DNA of 64,000 nucleotides, taken from positions 165,788,001 to 165,852,000 of the forward strand of contig OX597816.1 in NCBI GenBank assembly GCA_951406725.2, in the 5' to 3' direction. The translations under genes were made by a program, and so were the position numbers. The notes below the pieces were generated by a model. It saw only the letters and a program-made list of their open reading frames with translations. It searched no databases and was not told the DNA's origin. Origin of the DNA: Octopus vulgaris. Taxonomy: Eukaryota. This document shows positions 52,331-64,000 of the stretch, in pieces. Positions within the stretch are counted from its first letter, which is position 1. Each line of letters starts with the position of its first letter.

Positions 52331-53905
52331 CTTATCCTTTATTCTATCCTCTCTAATTGTTGCAGCAATTCACTTATTGAGTTTAATTTCTAGTTATGCA
52401 GTGTTGCCTTTCTTGATTTTGACCAATTACCTATTATCATGTATCAGCGTTGAATTTTATAGCGTATATGTCTTTGTTCACTGTAACAAATACATTGGTT
52501 TTATCGCTTTTACATGTTACAGGTTATTGTTTTTCATATCCTGTAAAACTAGTTTAACATCCGTGTTCAGTGCATTTCTGACTTGTTTATATCTTTCTTT
52601 ATTACCTTCTCACTTGATTAAGTCTCGCAGTTTTTCTCTCTTTATTATCATACTGCTTATCTCGTAGATACTCAAGACAGAGTATGCTGGTCATCTAAAT
52701 TTAATTTTCTTTAGTCAGGGAGCAAAACTGCCCCTCACAAGACCTTTGAGACTTATGATAGAGAGTGGAGAATATGTATCCTAAAACCTGATTTAAATGC
52801 TTGTAACAGAGTGGACTTGAGTGGACTCATCTAAATGTAACCAAGACACCAGGTGGAAGTTTGTGTCAGGGTCATTGTAAAAAAAGTTTTACAAAGCAGA
52901 ACAGAACAGTGCTTTTTTTACAGATCCCTCATAAAATTGAGGATTTGGGGTTCATTTGGTCATTAAGTCTTGAATTTGAAGTATAATGTTTTATATATCA
53001 ATATCATTACACATTGAGATATAAAATAAACCCTTTTAAGTAGGGAGTCTGGAAGCTACAAATAATAGCATGTGTTATATTGGATTAAAGTAATTATGGG
53101 TGGGGAAAATGTCAATGATGCTGGTTCGTAACCTGTAGGTTTTCTTCAACCTTTTTACCTTATCCAGTGTTCGTTTTTTTTTTTGAAACTATAATATATT
53201 TACTCATAATTTGTAGTCTGTGAATATATTTAAGATTTCTAAAAATTTACCAAACTTTTCTCTCTGTTGCAATTATGTATTTGTGTGCTAAACCTTTCAG
53301 ACATTGTAAGATAATTCCACAAGAAAGCATCAATTATAGCCAACCACTTAACTGCATTAAACCGTACATTTAATCTGTAATAGTAAATCAATTAGAATAT
53401 AAAACAGACTTTTCTGAAGTAGGCCTTTTGGCGAATCATCTGTTAGTCATATCAGCCATGCTGGGAATCAGATGAGTATATTTCGAACATATTTCCGTCT
53501 CGATTCACGTCCGTGCACTCACGAGAGAGCTTCTTCTTTATTTCAAGATCTGACACCCCCGTAGTCGGTTTTCGTTGTTTCGTCACTTCATTAAAGTTTC
53601 AAAACGAGTTTCCAGTCGGATACCTCCTGATCCAATATAACATCTCTGTCTTGAATTACTTCGATGTAAATATTTTCAGGAGACGACACTTTATCCCAAA
53701 CAGCAGACGTTAACACACTAACAAAACATTTTAGATATTCTAATACTTCATCCACTTCGTTCCATGTGTTGGCTATTTAGTTAAACTGTAAAAGTTCTTG
53801 CAATGATTAGTGAATAATAGTAAAGGGAAAGTCATTTTCTTTTTGTGTTTTATAATGTAACACACTCACCGGTAAAATTTCCACTTATTTCTTATTTTTA
53901 TTTTC

Positions 53906-53942
53906 CTAAAATTTTCGTTTTATCTTGCAACCTTTTCAATAG
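53906..53942 (-). ncRNA. Minimal HHR-like motif with U3-A8 core
   Basis: CUA-UUGAAAA-G-GUU-loop-AAC-GAAA-AU-UU-UAG. Confidence 0.4.
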
Positions 53943-54279
53943 TCTTGACTCTGTCCGTTATTTACACTGCGTTCCCTTTTGTTTGTTTGTGCGCATGTGT
54001 GGTGGTTAGTGTGTGTGTGTATGTGTGTGTACCTAAAGGGAAATCTTTGTCAAATTATCTGGGTTCTAACATGCCGTACAGAGGACATCCTACATAATTT
54101 TAAAGTAAAACTTGCATCGTTTATGGCAAAGTATGAACAAATTATAAATCGTTTGAACAGCTCCAAAACGTTATAACTCCTGGGATGCACTCAGTTACAC
54201 ATAAACTTAAAATATAACAGCTCCACAAGGAAAAAAATTTCTATTGAAAACTGTTTTAGTGTTTTCGATTGAATCCCTA

Positions 54280-54345
54280 TGTGATTGAGCCCCTGTGTCA
54301 TTGAACCCCTGTGTCATTGAGCCCCTGTGTCATTGAGCGTCTGTG
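54280..54345. repeat. 16-bp minisatellite, about 4 units (CCCTGTGTCATTGAGC)
   Basis: Directly visible. Confidence 0.85.
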
Positions 54346-54372
54346 TGTTCATCCCGTTGTAATGCAGACAAT

Positions 54373-54762
54373 GTGGAGGCGCAATGGCCCAGTGGTTAGG
54401 GCAGCGGACTCGCGGTCGTAGGATCGCGGTTTCGATTCCCAGACCGGGCGTTGTGAGTGTTTATTGAGCGAAAACACCTAAAGCTCCACGAGGCTCCGGC
54501 AGGGATGGTGGTGATCCCTGCTGTACTCTTTCTCCACAACTTTCTCTCACTCTTACTTCCTGTTTCTGTTGTACCTGTATTTCAAAGGGCCGGCCTTGTC
54601 ACTCTCTGTGTCACGCTGAATATCCTCGAGAACTACGTTAAGGGTACACGTGTCTGTGGAGTGCTCAGCCACTTACACGTTAATTTCACGAGCAGGCTGT
54701 TCCGTTGATCGGATCAACCGGAACCCTCGTCGTCGTAACCGACGGAGTGCTTCTACTACTAC
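54373..54762 (+). mobile_element. tRNA-headed SINE family C, full length with 14-bp TSD
   Basis: TSD TAATGCAGACAATG at 54360-54373 and 54763-54776; A box TGGCCCAGTGG, B box GGTTTCGATTCC; (CTA)n tail. Confidence 0.92.
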
Positions 54763-54886
54763 TAATGCAGACAATGAATTAGAAATCTCGATATAATCAA
54801 CAGGATAGCGCTTTGTTCTTTTAGCTCGAAACCAGAGTCTTAATTTTAAGAAACTTTCTGGAAAAAATTTATGTCCTTTAGGAATA

Positions 54887-55128
54887 CAGTAATTTCTCGA
54901 CTATCGCGGGTGTTACGTTCCAAAACCTCCTACAGAAATAATTAAAATCTAAAAAGTATATATATAAATACCTATCGGCCGCAGAAACCCGCGATATACT
55001 GAAGAGTCCGCGACATAAATTTACATATATTAACCAGAAATATCCACGATGTACTGGAGTGCGCGATAGGTGAACCGCGATGTACTGAGTGTGTGATAGG
55101 TGAACCGCGATATGGCGAGGGATTACTG
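54887..55128 (+). mobile_element. pogo/Tigger-like MITE
   Basis: TA|CAGTAATTTCTCGACTATCGCGG...CCGCGATATGGCGAGGGATTACTG|TA. Confidence 0.8.
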
Positions 55129-55480
55129 TAGTTTAGATCTGTGGTTCTCAACTATTTTTTCTTTTTGCCTACGGACTCCTTTGATTCATACTTAACTCTG
55201 CTGGATAATATGTTTAAAAAAAGCAAATTATAGACAGAATAAGTATCAAATCTAAAATAAATACGGGGCGTGATTTATTCGATCAAACACATCGAAGCGG
55301 TACTCCAGCATGGTGCAGTCCAATAACTGAAGCAAGTAAAATATTAAAAGAATGGTAAGTAGGCCACTAACTGAAGCAAGTGAAATATTTTTTAAAAAAT
55401 GGATAAGTAGGCCACTTAAATAGGCTTTCCCAGTCTTTGTCTGATATACTTAGCTCTTCGCTATAAAGTGTTACTAATAA

Positions 55481-55690
55481 GGGCGGCGAGCTGGCCGAAT
55501 CGTTAGCACGCCGGGCGAAATGCTTAGCAGTATTTCGTCTGCCATTACGTTCTGAGTTGAAATTCCACCGAGGTCGACTTTGCCTTTCCTCCTTTCGGGG
55601 TTGATTAAATAAGTAGCAGTTACGCTTCATCCACTTGTTCTTGTTTGTCCCCTCTATGTTTAGCCCCCTTGTAGGCAATAAAGAAATAAA
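55481..55690 (+). mobile_element. SINE family B
   Basis: Collinear with 23858-24090. Confidence 0.85.
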
Positions 55691-56506
55691 TATGTTAAAA
55701 AAAAAGATACTTGCCCAAGATGTCACGCAGTGGGACTGGATCCGAAACCAAGTGAGCTTCTTAACCACGCAGCCATACCTATTGATCTATATTAGATCAA
55801 ATTATTGATCTACCGATCAATAATTTCATAATGAATTTTTCACTCCTATATTTTATATCCGAAACTTTTCTGGAGTAAGATTTGAGTTGAGTTTATTTTA
55901 CTATTATTCTGTACTTTACACATTTCTTGTTATGGCTTAGAGCTACAGCGCTTGCATAGGAAATTCTATGGAAGCCCTGCATGTTTTTCTGTCTATTTCT
56001 GTCATTATTCAGTTTATTTCAAGATTTCTTGCCAATAGAGAAAGAGTCGCTTTCTAACCTAGATCCAAGGCTACTCCGTTGAAATATCAACATCAACAAC
56101 AGAGTATTTTTCTATGTATGTATGTATGTATGTATGTATGTATGTATGTATGTATGTATGTATGTATGTATGTATGTATGTACGTACGTACGTATGTATA
56201 TGTATGGGCAGATTTGTATGTTTTATGTATGTATTCTCATGCATATAGTTACATATCTACACATGCTCATATATATTTAAATGATAAACTTCTGGAAAAT
56301 TTTACAGATTTTTACAGTTTCAGTGAAGGATTGGATCTGTAGTCTTCGAATTACCTTTCCCCTTTCTGGTTTGGAGAAGCCTAATTTCTCAATATTGGTA
56401 TTTAGGCAGTGTGTTACATATCCCAAGGTCCCAATAATAATAATGTATATATGCATGCCTCTGTATCTCTATCTCTGTCTGTTTCTTTATATATATATAT
56501 ATATAT

Positions 56507-56815
56507 ATCACTGTGATCACCGTAACTGACCAGGCTATCAGATGTTGTTACACATCGCTGGTGACAATGCGCTTCGCATTGTTTTAGCCTTCAAATGACG
56601 CCAACTTGCTGGCTAAGCGAACTGGCGAACAGAGGAAAGAGTGTGAGAAAGTTGTGGAGAAAGAGTACAGCAGAGATCGCCACCACCCACTGCCAGAGCC
56701 TCATGGAGGTTTAGGTGTTTTCACTCAATAAACACTCACAACGCCCGGTCTGGGAATAGAAACCGCGATCCTACAATCGCGAGTCTGCTTTCCTAACCAC
56801 TGGGCCATTGCGCCT

Positions 56816-56819
<4 letters not shown>
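56507..56819 (-). mobile_element. SINE with family C head and C2 tail
   Basis: Collinear with 18072-18384. Confidence 0.85.
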
Positions 56820-56892
<73 letters not shown>

Positions 56893-57534
56893 TTATATAC
56901 ACACACATATAAATACAAATATAAATATTGATATATGCTTATCTATGTATATATGTGTCTGCTCAACTTTGTGTTCACTCCACAGCTGCTTACAACCCGC
57001 GGTTCCTTGTTTCCACTTTCATAACTTTGTGGTTCGGCCGAAAAATTGTCGGCAAAATAAGTATCAAATCTAAAATTCGATCAAACTCAGCCGCAGTCCA
57101 ATTACTGAAGCAAGTGAAATATTAAAAAATTATAAGTAAGCCACTTAAATTGGTTTTCCCAATCTTTGTCTGATATAATTAGCTCTTCATTATGAAGAGT
57201 TACTAATAAGTATAGACAAAACGTTCATAATGGGGGCGTGGGGGGGCACAGCTTATTCTATAATTCAGAATGTTTTTTTTGCCTAATTATAGAGCACAGA
57301 ATTCACAAGTCATCAATAACTGTTATTTTTACCTTTTACTTTATTTCATTCATTGAACTGCGGTCATGCTGGGGCACCGCCTTGAAGGGTTTCATCGAAC
57401 ACATCCACTCTAGTACTTATTTTTAAGCCTAGTGCTTATTTTATCGATTTCTTTTGCCGAACTGCTAGATTACGGAAGCGGAAACATACTAACGCCGATT
57501 GACAAGCGGCCAGAGTCGACTATCACAAACACAC

Positions 57535-57614
<80 letters not shown>

Positions 57615-57636
57615 TTATCTATCAATATATATATAT

Positions 57637-57650
57637 ATTATATAAAAGAG

Positions 57651-57699
<49 letters not shown>

Positions 57700-58686
57700 A
57701 TATTCCTAATGCATTCCAAAACCGAGTTGCCGATTTTGACGTATGGCGTATCAAAAGATTCAGTAGGCTTTTGGCTACCAAATAAACTATATCTTCATTC
57801 ACATATTTGCATTACAAAAATTTAACATTGTCATTGTCATCTATAGTAAACATTTTATATCACCACCACAACGACAATGATGTCACATTTTCTATATGTA
57901 TGTGTTCGCGCGTTCGTTACCTACGCTAGGCCGATGACTGACAAGTATACGTGTGTGATGGTGTATGTGCCTGTCAGTATACATACATTTTTGTGACGAC
58001 CGACACATACAGGGACAGAGATAGGCTTCAAGTGTACGATAATGTATGTGTGTGTGTGTTAGTTTATATATGTAACTTTCTCCCGCCTAACAGTGAAACG
58101 CGCCGATACTGAAAGTTTAGTTGCGGCCTGAACTTTAAACGAACAACAGCGTCCACTTTGAAGTACTACCAACATGAAGATTTGGCTGATTTAAAATCAC
58201 ACACAATACTCGCAAATATATCTGAAAAAGAAAAATGTTATTCTGGTTATTATAACAAGTTCGGAAAGTAAAAAGCCTCAGCAGCTCTTTCAACATAAAT
58301 GTTATTCCATTGCAGAAATGTTATTCCATTCTTTTTAACCAGTTTCAAGATAATGTTTTTTTAATAGTCCTTGTATTTTTCATGACAGTGAGTATCAACG
58401 TCGCACAAACTTTTTACTAAGTTAGTCAATATTTATTCCATAGCCTATAACGTTACACAGTTAAAAAAATAGGTAGTAATGTTAAATTAATTTATATCTT
58501 GCTACATACATCCTTCAGCAAATATTTTAAATTAATGTTACAACAACATTTTCCTTTCTTTACACTTGGTTCAGCGTTCGTTTCAAAATTGTAAAATGAA
58601 TTATTTTTGTATGAAAAATTGAATTATGCCTTCTCAATTTTCTTGGACTTTCACTTTCTTCAATGTGACGATGGTCACAAGTAAAC

Positions 58687-58727
<41 letters not shown>

Positions 58728-59057
58728 GAGAGTAAAGAAGGAAGAGGAAGAGAGGGAGAGACAGACAGACAGACACAGATTGGAAACGGTGAAGGGGAAG
58801 AAGAATTACAGAAAGGACGAAAGAAAAAAATAAAAGGGGGAGAAGGGGAGAAAAAAGAATTAGAGAAGAAAGAGAGAAAAAACTAAAGGGGGAGAAAGAG
58901 AACGGTAGAGGGTAGAGTCGCACAAAAGTATTAATATAAACTTAGTTGGAAATGGATGCATGGCATTCAATCATATGATAATAAAATTATATATATACAT
59001 ATATATATATATGCATGCATATATACATACATATATGTACATACTTACATATATATG

Positions 59058-59137
<80 letters not shown>

Positions 59138-59515
59138 CATACATACATATATATATACTCGAACTTGCAAAGTGGAAATATTTTATTTTTACCTTTATAT
59201 CTGGGATGTAGGACTTCCCGGAAAAAATTTTTAATGCCCCCCCACCCCACCCCCCGAAGTAGAGGTAGGCTGGATTTTAGCCACACTTCTATACAAGAGG
59301 GAGGACAAGATACAATTGATCGAAATTACAAGAGACGGGCTAACAATTCCAGTCTGTTACATATTTTGAGTATTGTTATCACTAGCGATATCAAGATATA
59401 ACTTTGTATTTTGTATTTTACGTGTAGATGTATATATATAGATGTACATGTAATATGTACACATATATACATGCACTAGTACTATGACCCGGCAACGACG
59501 GGTCTTTAATGCTAG
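57637..59515 (+). mobile_element. Putative non-autonomous Helitron
   Basis: 3' hairpin GACCCG-gcaacga-CGGGTC followed by CTAG|T at 59512-59515; 5' TATATAAAA-(TG)n-CCGATTTTGA start; 5' boundary uncertain. Confidence 0.55.
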
Positions 59516-60946
59516 TATATATATATATATACATATACATATACATATATATATATATAAATGTATGTATGTATACTAATTTTAGGTTACTTGAAATATA
59601 TTTGTACCATATTTTAACATCTAAAGTTCACTGCAGTTATACACACGTGTATATTTATCGTTGGAGTTTATCTTCCGGCCTTTCTCCATAATTAGCACTA
59701 CGCACTTATTTACCTGCAAACTGTTCTAATAACCTAGTTGATGACTTATTGTTTGGAAAAGTCATTTTCGAGGAAAGCGTTGGTTATCTGGGTCATACAT
59801 TATGTTATTACTTAAATGTGCCGATCCTTCTGTCTTTCTACTTTAATAGAAAACAAAAATTGAAAGCTAAATATGATAAATGAACGTAAATTAAAGGATT
59901 TCTACAGGATGGTTTATAGAGAGAGTTATTGGCTTCAGAAATACATGTCTCTGTATACTTAGGTCCCTAACCTGGCCATTATTCGATTTATTTAAACTTT
60001 AATCTGCCATCATAGCACAAAAACGGGCGCAATATCCGGCGTCGGACACAATTTAATATATCTGTATATATGAATCGTCACTGATTCATTCACACGATAA
60101 AATGGTGTTATTTTCATCAGATAAGTCCCGATGAAAAAGAAAAATCTGAAATGCTGCACGTCTGATAACCATTGCAATATAAAGCAGTGGAAAAGGGCTG
60201 AGATTTTGCTTTTGTTTTTGCGTTTTAAGGAGTGTCGTCAGATGTTATCAAGGACCTCTTCGGCTTTTGGGGCCCCGAAAACCAATGAATAGGCAAAACA
60301 CTGTTTTCTTATAGGCCCTCATTTTACAGCAATTATAACAATTAAAAAGTCATTTGATTTGGACAGTGTGAAAGGGATTAATAAAATTGTCATCGTGTTT
60401 TGGCGACAATATTTTACGATATTTTCCTGTTATGAATTCTACAAAGCATTCGCAAGTTGTTATTTCTTATTTGACACTAAATCGGAATCTTTTATGGGCG
60501 GAAATATAGTTTAACATAAACCTGTTACCTATTGATTTTTCCATGACTTTTTTTTTAGTTGGACAATTTCCCTTAATAGTTCACCTACGTGCTGCATTGC
60601 TCTGCCTACGTGTTATTCCGTTACTATGAGGTTTCATCAATTTTCTCCAGAATTCTAATGGTTTTCATTTTTATATTCTTTCGTCATTGTATTTTCTCTT
60701 CGAGATGACTTTCTATTTAGATCAGGAAACCGTCACGGAACATAAAATACAAAATAAGAAAGAAAACTAGATAAAAAGACTTAAGCGTTGGTAACACCGA
60801 TGTATTATATAGGACTCCTCAAAAGCTAGATTAATCATAGAAGCATTGTTAATAGCGAAATATAAATTTAGAAGTTAGAACATTTGCAGAGAACACGTGA
60901 AATAAAAAGAGAAAATAACCAGGAGCCACTCGTCAAACAGCTTTAT

Positions 60947-60990
<44 letters not shown>

Positions 60991-61221
60991 CTTTTATGTT
61001 CATCTTTTTTCTTCTTTTTAGTTTTATATTTTTGATATTTTCTATTATTATCTTTTTAAACTTGGTTAGGAACAGTAGAATCCCTAAATTCAAATCCGGC
61101 TTGATGAAATGGAAACGTCTAAAAGCTGGCAGAAAGCAAAGAAAATATGAAAAATATAGATTAAAACGATTAAATGTTTGTATTTATGTATGTGTGCGTC
61201 TATGCCTATTATATACAGAGG

Positions 61222-61274
<53 letters not shown>

Positions 61275-61287
61275 GTGTATGTGTGTA

Positions 61288-61375
<88 letters not shown>

Positions 61376-61631
61376 TGTGTGTGTGTGTCTATCCACCTAT
61401 CCACCTAGCTGTCGACACACATACGATGCCTTACATATTCATTCTTTATTCTTTCCGGAAAATACGAACGTGAATATACTAACCGCTGTTGTATCTTATT
61501 CTCAATGAACAGTTTCTTTTCAAATGAACGTGTGTTCACAGAACATTCGATTCATTAGCATAAAGATATGAATGCATACACACATTCATACATACAGGCA
61601 TACATGCATACATGTACCAAATATATATCCG

Positions 61632-62007
61632 TTGGTTCGGTTGCGACGACGAGGGTTCCAGTTGATCCGATCAACGGAACAGCCTGCTCTTGAAATTAAC
61701 GTGTAAGTGGCCGAGCACTCCACAGACACGTGTACCCTTAACGTAGTTCTCGGGGAGATTCAGCGTGACACAGAGTGGGACAAGGCTGGCCCTTTGAAAT
61801 ACAGGTACAAAAGAAACAGGAAGAAAGAGTGAGAGAAAGTTGTGGTGAAAGAATACAGCAGGGTTCGCCACCATCCCTTGCCGGAGTCTCGTGGAGCTTT
61901 AGATGTTTTCGTTCAATGAAAACTCACAACGCCCGGTCTAGGAATCGAAACCGCGATCCTACAACCGCAAGTCCGCTACCCTAACCACTGGGCCATCGCG
62001 CCTCCAC
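61632..62007 (-). mobile_element. SINE family C
   Basis: Reverse complement of 54373-54750; CAAATATATA repeated at both flanks. Confidence 0.88.
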
Positions 62008-62489
62008 AAATATATAATCAAGTGTGTTATGAATACACATTCATCTGAAAGTTGTTCTCTATTGGTTTGAGCTCCTCATAGAATCCACCTACATTGATTT
62101 AAAACCCCGTTGCTTTTGCTAGCGATATCATTTAAAATTTTAAATACTTCACACAAACCCGGAAGCTAGCAACTAAGGCCTTTCCTTCTACTATGTTATT
62201 GATTTGTGAAAACCAGATATATCTTCAAGCAGAAGGATTAGATTAGATTAGAGGTAATATATACTTAAGGGTTGCTATAGTGATGTTACTAGAGGGTAAC
62301 ACCTTTTTGAGATGATAAGATATGAGGAGGTGAGCTAAGAGTGCGATGATGACAACATTTACGACGTGTCATCAACAATGTGATGTGTTCATATTATTAT
62401 ATTATTATGTTATCATTATTCTGACTCCACCTAAATGTAATAAGGTATCATGTAAATAAATATATGCATCTATGTATGTATATTATTTG

Positions 62490-62522
<33 letters not shown>

Positions 62523-62592
62523 TGTATGTATGTATGTATGTGTGTATATACATATATATATATATATGAATATTTATACATATATATCTCTC

Positions 62593-62961
62593 TCTATATA
62601 AACGGCAGTTTGTCTGTGCGTGTTTCTGTGTGTCTGTTTGCTTGTACCCTCACTCTGACCACGGCTTTCAACCGATTCTGATGAAACTTGACACACACAT
62701 AGCCCAATGTCATAATTCAAAACTAACGCAGCGAAAATTTTGAAAAGTTCCCCCAGTTCTGAAAAAAATCGATAAATTCGACATGGGGTCGAGAATCAGA
62801 AACACAAACCGCAAACTGTCTAGGGGACGCAACTCCACCTTTTTAACTAAAAAAAACATTTATCATCATTTTTTTCCATTTTTTTGCTATTTTTTGGCTA
62901 TAACTCTCTAAAAATGCTTTATATGCTTACAAACCTGAGCAACGCCGGGCGATACTGCTAG
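62593..62961 (+). mobile_element. Non-autonomous Helitron, copy 1
   Basis: 5' TC start; 3' CCTGAGCAACGCCGGG hairpin and CTAG|T. Confidence 0.8.
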
Positions 62962-63005
62962 TGTATATATATATATACATATATATATACATATATATAT
63001 ATAAT

Positions 63006-63036
<31 letters not shown>

Positions 63037-63107
63037 ATATGTATATGTATTCATATATATGTATATATTCATATATATATATGTATATGTATATGAATAT
63101 ATGTACA

Positions 63108-63156
<49 letters not shown>

Positions 63157-63257
63157 ATACACATTTATATAAATTCATATATATTTATAAATATATATAT
63201 CTACAAATACATATATTTCATCTTATACGTGTGTGTGTATGCATGTGTGTGTATGTA

Positions 63258-63297
<40 letters not shown>

Positions 63298-63441
63298 TGT
63301 GTACATTATGTCAATATCCTTCATCGTTTCCCAAACCTTATTCCACCTTTTTTTTTTTTTTTTTGCCTTCTCATGCGTCAATGCTATAAGGCTGCTGATA
63401 TATTTCTGTTTGCACGTGATAAACATATCAATTTATCTCTC

Positions 63442-63820
63442 TCTATATAAACGGCAGTTTGTCTGTGCGTGTTTCTGTGTGTCTGTTTGCTTGTACCCTC
63501 ACCCTGACCACGGCTTTCAACCGATTCTGATGAAACTTGACACACACATAGCCCAATGTCATAATTCAAAACTAACGCAGCGAAAATTTTGAAAAGTTCC
63601 CCCAGTTCTGAAAAAAATCGATAAATTCGACATGGGGTCGAGAATTAGAAACCCAAACCACAGACCGTCTAGGGGACGCAACTCTACCTTTTTTAACTCT
63701 CAAAAAAAATTTACCATCATTTTTTTTCCATTTTTTTGCTATTTTTTGGCTATAACTCTCTAAAGATGCTTTATAGTTATTTCCCTTACAAACCTGAGCA
63801 ACGCCGGGCGATACTGCTAG
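63442..63820 (+). mobile_element. Non-autonomous Helitron, copy 2
   Basis: Highly similar direct copy of 62593-62961. Confidence 0.8.
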
Positions 63821-64000
63821 TCCTTCAATAAATGTCATAGACTTCTTAATTTCCAAATGACAGCAATAAATTCGGTTTATTATCGAACATTTCAAGACCA
63901 GCAATATCTCGATATCTTTACAATGAATTTCACACCATCGTTCTCTCGAAATACATTTGTCGCCCAAATAATGCTTTATCCGCTCGAAAGTATAGCAACA

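Noticed and set aside
54373-54445. tRNA genes at SINE heads (also 30188, 52084, 11103-11172)
   Set aside because: They continue into SINE bodies with TSDs and lack full cloverleaf pairing and a Pol III terminator
56300-56355. Minus-strand TCGAAGA...GAAACTGTA motif
   Set aside because: No valid 3:8 pair or stem II evident
61098-61125. TTGATGA-aatg-GAAACGTC, and CTGATGAAAC in the Helitrons (62678, 63527)
   Set aside because: No stem II or stem I complement; consistent with chance matches

Overview
Eukaryotic, AT-rich, gene-poor DNA packed with repeats. The SINE, microsatellite and transposon content strongly suggests an octopus (coleoid cephalopod) genome; this is inferred, not database-confirmed. 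No intact host protein-coding gene is recognisable, and almost all ORFs in the track are microsatellite read-throughs. The window holds many tRNA-headed SINE copies from four modular families, decayed Tc1/mariner elements (one nearly full-length at 48.9-50.1 kb), pogo/Tigger-like MITEs, non-autonomous Helitrons, R4/Dong-, Tx1/L1-, CR1- and RTE-like LINE fragments, and a Penelope-like RT remnant. The most notable signal is about 15 hammerhead-ribozyme (HHR)-like motifs, read by eye, in short non-coding Penelope-type elements. They include fold-back palindromes with an HHR on each strand (3766-4159, 41286-41411), a TSD-flanked element joining a tRNA-like head to an HHR tail (10827-11203), and core variants with compensatory 3:8 pairs (C3-G8, G3-C8, U3-A8) plus recurrent U4C and A6U cores. 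All alignments were done by eye, so boundaries are approximate.
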